Source: a virus
Lineage: Duplodnaviria > Caudoviricetes
Reading direction: 5' to 3' (one strand)
Length of the DNA stretch: 55,544 nucleotides
IMG/VR virus record: IMGVR_UViG_3300012667_000989
Location: 1 to 55,544 of that record
Of this stretch, positions 49,381 to 55,544 are shown in pieces. Numbering within the stretch: the stretch's first letter is position 1; each line of letters starts with the position of its first letter. The notes beneath the pieces are model-generated. The model ran no database searches, was not told where the DNA came from, and saw only the letters and a list, made by a program, of their open reading frames with translations. The position numbers and the translations under genes are program-made.

Positions 49381-50285
49381 TTAGGTAAAATCCCTTAATT
49401 TGTAATTGCTAGTAAGATATTCGCATAGTTCGTCATAAGCTTTATCTCTAGCTTCTTCTGTTTCATAAAAAAACTGCTGAATCCTAATGTTGTCTTTACT
49501 CCTCATAAATATAGCAGGACTGAATTTTATTGATGCAAGTTCATTTTCTGACAATGACATTGCAGAACTATATTCAAGATTGTTGATAGTTTTAATCTCA
49601 TTTTTTTCAATTCTTTTAATTTCCTCTAAAGCGATCAGACAATCATTAATAGCAGTTGAGCTTCTTATAAACATATTATTATTCCTTAATTAATATTTTT
49701 TCCAATAAAATTCTAAATTTTGAATAATTATTTTCAAGACACCATTTCCAAATTGAATTCTTGTATTTATTTCTATTTAAAATAAAATGATTAGCATGTT
49801 TAGATTTATATTTCTTCCCACATTTAGTACATTCTTGCCAAGTTTTAGCCGAATCTCCTTGCCATTTTCTAATTCCATTATCTTTTGAACACATAACGCT
49901 TAGGCACATAAAATGCCCACAACTTTGAAAACTAAGTTTATCAATTAACTTATGATTGCAATCAATGTTCTGCAGAATCCATTTCTGTAAAATTCTCATT
50001 TTAAAAATTATATTATTTTTTTAGCAATTCATCAAGTTGTTTCTCTAAATTATCTCTATCTTCCTGTAATTCTTTTACTTCCTCTAAAAGGTCGGCAACA
50101 ACATAAAAAACTTTTCTTAAATCATTTTTTTCATAAAGTTTTATCCAATATGTTTCGCCATAGCCAAGATAATCTCTAAAAAAAGATTCCTTAGTTGGCT
50201 CTTTCATTTTTCCTTGGTCAACTAAATTAGAATAAAATTCTTTTATTCTAATCAAATATTGATATGTTTTTGAAGTTCCGCGCAT
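49381..50285 (-). CDS. Three-gene reverse-strand insert (49381-49674; 49679-49999 zinc protein; 50013-50285 possible regulator)
   Basis: Packed operon opposite to the head genes. Confidence 0.6.
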
Positions 50286-50291
50286 AAATAA

Positions 50292-50329
50292 TTATTAACT
50301 TAAAGTTAATAAAGATTATTATTAATTGC
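50292..50329. promoter_or_regulatory. Palindromic operator between divergent insert and protease gene
   Basis: TTATTAACTTAAAGTTAATAA, near-copy of 4622-4659. Confidence 0.7.
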
Positions 50330-50383
50330 TTTTTATTAAGCAATAACATTTATTGAAAATAATTATTAACCATAATCACCACT

Positions 50384-51493
50384 ATGGAATTAAGCTACAA
50401 GCAATTTACATTAGAAGTAAAAAATCTTAAAGAAGATGGCTCTTTCGAGGGCTATGTTGCTGCCTTTAATAATATTGACTTTGGCAATGACATCTTAGAT
50501 CCAAAAGCTTTCCAAGAAGAACCTGCTGGGAAATATTACCCACTACTTGCTGACCACGATACAAAAAAGCCAATTGGTAAATTCCAAATAGAATTTGATA
50601 ACTATGGTGTAAAATTCAAAAACGCTAGGTTTAACTTAATGCGTGATGAAAAAACTGGTAACTTCTTAGTTCCTTACGCCGCAGAAAAATATGCTAACCT
50701 TAAAAATGGCGATATTTCTGGATTCTCAATGGGCTATATGACTAGGTCAGATGATTGCGAGCTTAAAACAGTTGAAGGCAAAAGATGCAGAGTAATTAAT
50801 AAAGCTCAATTAATGGAAGGATCAGTTGTTACCTTTCCGATGAATGACAAAGCAAGACTTACTGGAATTAAAACTGTCAATCCAACAACTAATTTCCCTT
50901 TTGCTAATAGAAATTATGAGTGGGATTCTTCAAGTGCTGAAAAGAGAATAAGAGAATATACAGAAAGTGAAAACGAACCTGCTGCCTCTTATAACAGATA
51001 CTTTATGTATTTTGATAATGGTCGCTCAAAGTTCTTTGATGCCTACAAGCTACCTTTCGTAGATATTATTGACGGTGAGCCTCATATTGTCCCAAGAGCT
51101 ATTTTTGCTATTGCTGGAGTTTTGGAAGGCGCAAGAGAAGGTGTAAATATTCCTGAAGCAGACAAAGCTAAAATCAAAGAAATTATCAACAACATATATA
51201 TTGCAATGGCAAAAGAGTTTAATGACCCTTCTTTAGAAAGTCCTTTAAAAGGCAAGAGCCTTGACGAAGTTTCTTCTATTAAAGAAGTGGAATCTATTTT
51301 GAAAGAAAGCGGTTTTTCTAATAAAGAAGCAAAGACGCTTATTTCAAAAGTAAAAGAATTTTCTAATCAAGTTCAATGTGATGTTGAAAATGAGAAGACA
51401 ATGCAATTGTTGCGTGATGCAACAGAACAAATGAAGTTTAATAACTTTTTAACATCGCTTAATAGCGAAAATATTTTTAACAAACAATCGTAA
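50384..51493 (+). CDS. HK97-type prohead protease with C-terminal extra domain
   Basis: FEGYVAAFNNID.G.D, LADHD, GFSMGY, EGSVVTFPMN..AR; extension WD...A...YKLPFVDIIDG. Confidence 0.93.
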   Translation: MELSYKQFTLEVKNLKEDGSFEGYVAAFNNIDFGNDILDPKAFQEEPAGKYYPLLADHDTKKPIGKFQIEFDNYGVKFKNARFNLMRDEKTGNFLVPYAAEKYANLKNGDISGFSMGYMTRSDDCELKTVEGKRCRVINKAQLMEGSVVTFPMNDKARLTGIKTVNPTTNFPFANRNYEWDSSSAEKRIREYTESENEPAASYNRYFMYFDNGRSKFFDAYKLPFVDIIDGEPHIVPRAIFAIAGVLEGAREGVNIPEADKAKIKEIINNIYIAMAKEFNDPSLESPLKGKSLDEVSSIKEVESILKESGFSNKEAKTLISKVKEFSNQVQCDVENEKTMQLLRDATEQMKFNNFLTSLNSENIFNKQS

Positions 51494-51498
51494 ATAAA

Positions 51499-52674
51499 AT
51501 GACAGATTTTACACCACAAAATATGATGGAAGCCGTATCGGCTCTTCAAAAGGCAGTAAAAGAAAATAACGAAGGTGTAGTTACCAAAGTTAGCTCTTTT
51601 ATTGATTCACAAGAAAAAAAGAACCAAGAATTGGTAAAGCAACTTGAAGCTGAAAAAGCTGAAAGACTTAAATTTGCTGACGAAGTAAAAGCCCGTGAAG
51701 CTATTCTTTCTCGTCCAAATTTTGATGTTAAATCAGAAGCAGGAAAAGAAGAAATGAAAGCTTTTGATGCTTTCTTGAGAACTGATATTAAAGGCATGTC
51801 AGAAGCTGAAAGAAAATATCTTCGTACTGATTCTTTAGTTGATGGTGGAGCTTTAGTTCCTGAAGCTTTCTCAACCGATATTACTAAGAAAATCATTGAA
51901 ATTTCTAATTTTAATGGAGTTATTAATTTTATTCGTGTTGGAGCTAAAACAACTAGACTTCCAATCAGAAATACTCTTTTGACTGCTTCAATGGTTGGAG
52001 AAGGTCAATCAGATTCACTTTCTAATTCTAAATATGGCGAACAGCTTTTAACTTTGAAAAAAATGCAAGTTACTGTTCCAGTTACTATTGAAGAGTTAGA
52101 AGATGCTGGAGTTTCTATTGCTGACCAAATTCAACAAGATGTTGCTGAAGCTTTTGCGGTTAAACTTGGTCAACAAATTGTTCAAGGTACTGCTGCTCCT
52201 ACACAACTTCAAGGCTACATGGCTTCTGGTGTTGTAACTCAAGAAATCAATTCTGGAATTGCAGATGCAATTACTTGGAAATCAATGACTCTTTTAACTG
52301 GTCAATTAAAAACTGGTTATAATCCTATCTATGGTTTCAACCGCTTAACTCGCGCTACTTTGTTAGCTCAAGAAGATGGTGTTGGTCGTCCACTATGGCA
52401 ACCTGGTAATCTAGCTGCTGGTATTCCAAATACTATTAACGGCTATGCTTACCTAGAAATACCTGATATGGCTGATATTGGTGCTGGTAACTATCCAGTA
52501 GTTTTTGCTGACTTCGCAAGAGGTTATGCCGCTGGTAATGGTATCGACATGAGAGTTATTAGAGACGAAGTTTCTCGTAAAAGAGAAGGCATTGTTGAAT
52601 ATACCTTTATGAGAAGAGTTGCTGGTTTAGTTAAGCTTCCTGAAGCTTTTGCTAAATTAAAAATTTCTGCTTAA
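51499..52674 (+). CDS. Major capsid protein (HK97 fold)
   Basis: Coiled-coil delta domain, DGGALVPE, DG.GRPLWQP, FADFARGY. Confidence 0.95.
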   Translation: MTDFTPQNMMEAVSALQKAVKENNEGVVTKVSSFIDSQEKKNQELVKQLEAEKAERLKFADEVKAREAILSRPNFDVKSEAGKEEMKAFDAFLRTDIKGMSEAERKYLRTDSLVDGGALVPEAFSTDITKKIIEISNFNGVINFIRVGAKTTRLPIRNTLLTASMVGEGQSDSLSNSKYGEQLLTLKKMQVTVPVTIEELEDAGVSIADQIQQDVAEAFAVKLGQQIVQGTAAPTQLQGYMASGVVTQEINSGIADAITWKSMTLLTGQLKTGYNPIYGFNRLTRATLLAQEDGVGRPLWQPGNLAAGIPNTINGYAYLEIPDMADIGAGNYPVVFADFARGYAAGNGIDMRVIRDEVSRKREGIVEYTFMRRVAGLVKLPEAFAKLKISA

Positions 52675-52698
52675 TTTTAACCTTAATTTATATATACA

Positions 52699-53112
52699 AT
52701 GTTTGATTTACATAATATTACAGTAAAGCAGCCAGTTCTTGCTCCTGCTGCTGTTACCGACAATACTGCTCAAGTTTGTGCGGTTGTTGATTTAGCTGGA
52801 TTTGACGCTTTAGAATACTCAATCAATATTGGTACATTGGCTGATGCTGATGCAACTTTTACTGTTTTAGTTGAAGATTCTGATGACGATGTAACTTATG
52901 CCGCTGTTGCTGATGACTTCCTTTTAGGAACTGAAGCTGGAGCTAGTTTTACATTTGCCAATGATAATAAAGAGCGTTCAATCGGTTATAATGGATCTAA
53001 AAGATATAACAGAATGACCATTACTCCAGCTAATAATACTGGTTCAGCTATCTTTAGTGTTACTGCAATTAAAGGTTATCCTTTAAATGCTCCAACTACT
53101 AACAATGCTTAA
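52699..53112 (+). CDS. Capsid decoration / head protein
   Basis: VDLAGFD, V.VEDSDD...Y..V, IGYNGSKRY.R; directly after the capsid gene. Confidence 0.7.
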   Translation: MFDLHNITVKQPVLAPAAVTDNTAQVCAVVDLAGFDALEYSINIGTLADADATFTVLVEDSDDDVTYAAVADDFLLGTEAGASFTFANDNKERSIGYNGSKRYNRMTITPANNTGSAIFSVTAIKGYPLNAPTTNNA

Positions 53113-53117
53113 TTAAA

Positions 53118-53143
53118 TTGAGGGGGCGTAAAAACCCCCTCAA
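53118..53143 (+). terminator. Stem-loop after the capsid genes
   Basis: TTGAGGGGG-cgtaaaaa-CCCCCTCAA; A-rich rather than T-rich 3' side. Confidence 0.55.
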
Positions 53144-53157
53144 CAATTAAAAAAACT

Positions 53158-53469
53158 ATGAAATTTAAAGTTTTAAAAACATTTAAAGGATCTTTAGACG
53201 GATTCAATCTAGCTGATTTTAATAATGGCGAGATCTTAGAAGAAAATGACAATAGATTAACAAAACATTTCCTTACTTGGGTTTCTGCTAATAAAGGTTT
53301 TATTGAAGAAATTAAAGAAGAAAAAATGTTGCCACAATTTGAAAATAAAGCTATTTTTTCTACTCCTGAAAACAAAGAAGAAGAAATAATTACTGAAATT
53401 GTTGAAGAAGTATCTGAAAACAAAGAAGAAGAAATCAAAATTAACAATAAAAAGAAAGGTAAAAAATAA
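53158..53469 (+). CDS. Small acidic head-associated protein
   Basis: Synteny; duplicated ENKEEEI, basic tail. Confidence 0.6.
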   Translation: MKFKVLKTFKGSLDGFNLADFNNGEILEENDNRLTKHFLTWVSANKGFIEEIKEEKMLPQFENKAIFSTPENKEEEIITEIVEEVSENKEEEIKINNKKKGKK

Positions 53470-53906
53470 TGGCTGAAACATTAAACTATTTTAAACCAGT
53501 ATCTACTGGGCAAGATAACGAACTTATTCTGGGTGGAACTGTTGAGACTGGATCTGGTCAATCACTTAAAAAAATTCGTTTATACACTTCAATTGCGGAT
53601 ATTTCAACTGCTGGTCAAATTTATGTAGTATCTCCAGTTGCTGGAACTATCTCTAAAATTTATTCAGTAATCAATGGAGCTATTGGAACCGCTGATGCTG
53701 TTCTAACTCCTAAAATCGCTGGTACCGCAATCACTAACGGCGCTATCACAGTTGCTTATTCAGGTTCTGCTGCTGGCGATGTTGATTCTTCAACTCCAAC
53801 CGCAGCTAATACAATTACTGCTGGTGCAGCGATTGAAATTGAAACTGATGGAGCTTCTTCAAACACAGTTGAAGTTGTTTTAACAATTGAAATCACATTA
53901 AGCTAA
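53469..53906 (+). CDS. Head fibre/decoration-like protein
   Basis: A/T/G/S-rich beta protein in the head module. Confidence 0.6.
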   Translation: MAETLNYFKPVSTGQDNELILGGTVETGSGQSLKKIRLYTSIADISTAGQIYVVSPVAGTISKIYSVINGAIGTADAVLTPKIAGTAITNGAITVAYSGSAAGDVDSSTPTAANTITAGAAIEIETDGASSNTVEVVLTIEITLS

Positions 53907-54265
53907 TGGCTACTAAAGATTTTCAACCAGTTATTAATTTTGACTTAGAAGTTGTAATTGCTGATGGCGCGACAACTTCTAATGCAATTGATTTACTAGG
54001 CACAAGCTTACTTGCGTTTATTACTGATGCTGCTTTAGATGGAACTGCTTTTACTTTTACAGTTTCTGACGAATTAGATGGAGCTTATGTTCCATTAAGA
54101 AGAATGTCTGATGGCACAGATTTAACTGCTGTTGTTGCTGTATCTGGACAATATGCAACAAACCCTGCTGACTTTGCGTCTGTAAGGTTTTTAAAGATTG
54201 TTTCAGGAGCTGCTCAAAGCGGAGCGGCAACTACAATTAAACTTGTTAATAGAAGACTAGCGTAA
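53906..54265 (+). CDS. Virion structural protein
   Basis: I..G.T.S.AIDL, RFLKIVS..AQ motif; head module. Confidence 0.6.
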   Translation: MATKDFQPVINFDLEVVIADGATTSNAIDLLGTSLLAFITDAALDGTAFTFTVSDELDGAYVPLRRMSDGTDLTAVVAVSGQYATNPADFASVRFLKIVSGAAQSGAATTIKLVNRRLA

Positions 54266-54933
54266 TGGCAAACAACACTAACTGGCTACCTTTCCAGCAA
54301 CCACTTAACTATATTTTAGTAACTGGAGCTGGTTCAACATTGCCAGTTAGTTTGTCTGATGTTAAAACTTGGTTAAAAGTGCCAAGCACTATTAGCGTTG
54401 ATGATAACCTAATCACTGCTCTTATTAAATCTGCTGCCGCAACCTTTGAAAAAATAACAGGCAGAGACTTAATAAATAAAACCTATAAAACCTATTTAGA
54501 TTCTTTTCCTTGCGTTGATGGGCTTAATTATTATACAGGCGTAAGTTCATTACTCCCTCAATACAACGACAATGGGATTGTTTTAAGAAAATCTAAATTA
54601 CAATCAATTACTTCAATTCAATATTACCTTGACGGAGTTTTAACAACTTGGAGTTCTGCTAATTATTACATTACAGACTTACCCGACTATTCTGCAATTT
54701 ATCTTGTTGCTGACAAAGAATTTCCATCTGATATTGACATTAGAAAACAAGCTGTTGTAATTAACTTTGTTGCTGGCTATGGTTCTTCTGATGCAAGTGT
54801 GCCAGAAGATGCAAAACAAGCCCTTTTACAATTCATTACTTACCTTTATGAGAATAGAGGTGATTGTGGAAGCTCAAAAGATATGCAAGCTGGCATGGAT
54901 TTATTTAGTCAATTTAAAATTATAGATTTTTAA
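54265..54933 (+). CDS. Head-tail connector (HK97 gp6 / phiE125 gp8-like)
   Basis: PVSL.DVK.WLKV...DD.LI..LI..A; F.AGYG.....VP...KQA.L.....YENRG. Confidence 0.92.
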   Translation: MANNTNWLPFQQPLNYILVTGAGSTLPVSLSDVKTWLKVPSTISVDDNLITALIKSAAATFEKITGRDLINKTYKTYLDSFPCVDGLNYYTGVSSLLPQYNDNGIVLRKSKLQSITSIQYYLDGVLTTWSSANYYITDLPDYSAIYLVADKEFPSDIDIRKQAVVINFVAGYGSSDASVPEDAKQALLQFITYLYENRGDCGSSKDMQAGMDLFSQFKIIDF

Positions 54934-55328
54934 TGGGAAGTTGTGCTAGAATTAAAATAAGACCAGCAAAAGCCTGCATAGGTGATATGAAAGCTTATGT
55001 TTCTATTTATAAGAAAACAAAGCAAGCAACAAGTACCACAGCAGTTGACCCAAACTTAAATCTTACTTTGGTTGTTTCAACTTGGGCTTTACAAAAAAGT
55101 GTAAGTGGTGAAGAAATATTTGATGGTGTAAATATGATTGGCAAAATTACCGACCATTTCTTTATTCGTTACGGAGCAATCACAGCTTCAAAAATTCACC
55201 TTTTAGAGTATTCTAGCAATAGATATGAAATTGTTGAAGTAATTCCTAATTATGAAGGAAAAAGCGAACTAACGCTTCTTAAATGCTCAATTAGAGGTGA
55301 TGCGACTTTAACTAATACTAAAATATGA
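54933..55328 (+). CDS. Head closure / head-tail joining protein
   Basis: IGDM...V.I, WA, T..F.IRY, YEI..V. Confidence 0.82.
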   Translation: MGSCARIKIRPAKACIGDMKAYVSIYKKTKQATSTTAVDPNLNLTLVVSTWALQKSVSGEEIFDGVNMIGKITDHFFIRYGAITASKIHLLEYSSNRYEIVEVIPNYEGKSELTLLKCSIRGDATLTNTKI

Positions 55329-55544
55329 ATGTTAAGTCTAAAATCCCAAAATCAATTTTTAATCTTGATAAAATAATCCAACAAGGAATCAGAAAAGGCT
55401 TACAAAATAGCTCAATAGAAATTGCAGGAAGCGCAGGAACGAAAACAGGCGGACTTATCAAAGATGAGATGAATAAGCCTAAAACAGGCAGAATTTACCC
55501 ACTAATCATAAAAAGAAAAAGAAGATATGTAAACCACCGAGCCT
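55325..55544 (+). CDS. 5' part of tail-completion gene, continuing at 56-309
   Basis: ATG 55325 overlaps the upstream TGA; PKTGRIY motif; frame open to the window end. Confidence 0.75.
   Translation, partial: MNVKSKIPKSIFNLDKIIQQGIRKGLQNSSIEIAGSAGTKTGGLIKDEMNKPKTGRIYPLIIKRKRRYVNHRA
55490..55544. repeat. Terminal direct repeat copy
   Basis: Identical to 1-55. Confidence 0.97.

Noticed and set aside
7450-53481. Many short antisense or alternate-frame ORFs in the track (e.g. 7450-7686, 14418-14834, 17508-18650, 51546-51896, 53109-53481)
   Set aside because: Shadow frames of well-supported genes
1-55544. Stop-codon reassignment or integrase/att site
   Set aside because: Core genes are full length under the standard code; no tyrosine or serine recombinase motif was recognised

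Overview
The window is a complete, circularly permuted, AT-rich tailed-phage genome. Bases 1-55 are identical to 55490-55544 and one gene reads through that junction, giving a unit length of about 55,489 bp. It combines an HK97-type head (portal, prohead protease, major capsid, connector and closure proteins) with a Mu-like contractile tail (sheath, tube, frameshifted chaperone, tape measure, gpN, gp44-48 baseplate, three fibre-like proteins). It also encodes holin/spanin-like lysis genes (so a Gram-negative host), a separate T4-type lysozyme, a secreted SNase, Bet/NinB/RusA recombination genes, a DUF1376 initiator plus DnaB, and a second RepL-type module with iterons. No integrase was recognised. 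The most unusual content is non-coding. Two minus-strand blocks of about 1 kb (23286-24379 and about 35450-36440) are packed with stem-closed RNA domains and each has a similar sigma70-like promoter. Within and outside them are four tRNA-shaped RNAs that keep the acceptor and T arms (three also keep the D arm) but have the anticodon region replaced by other hairpins. Further oddities: a CACCAC motif instead of a Shine-Dalgarno before several late genes, a repeated palindromic operator containing TTAA-N7-TTAA, a kissing-loop switch over the replication-gene RBS, an inverted and displaced terL, and nested beta-domain insertions in a tail protein. Product calls come from motif recognition and synteny only; no searches were run.
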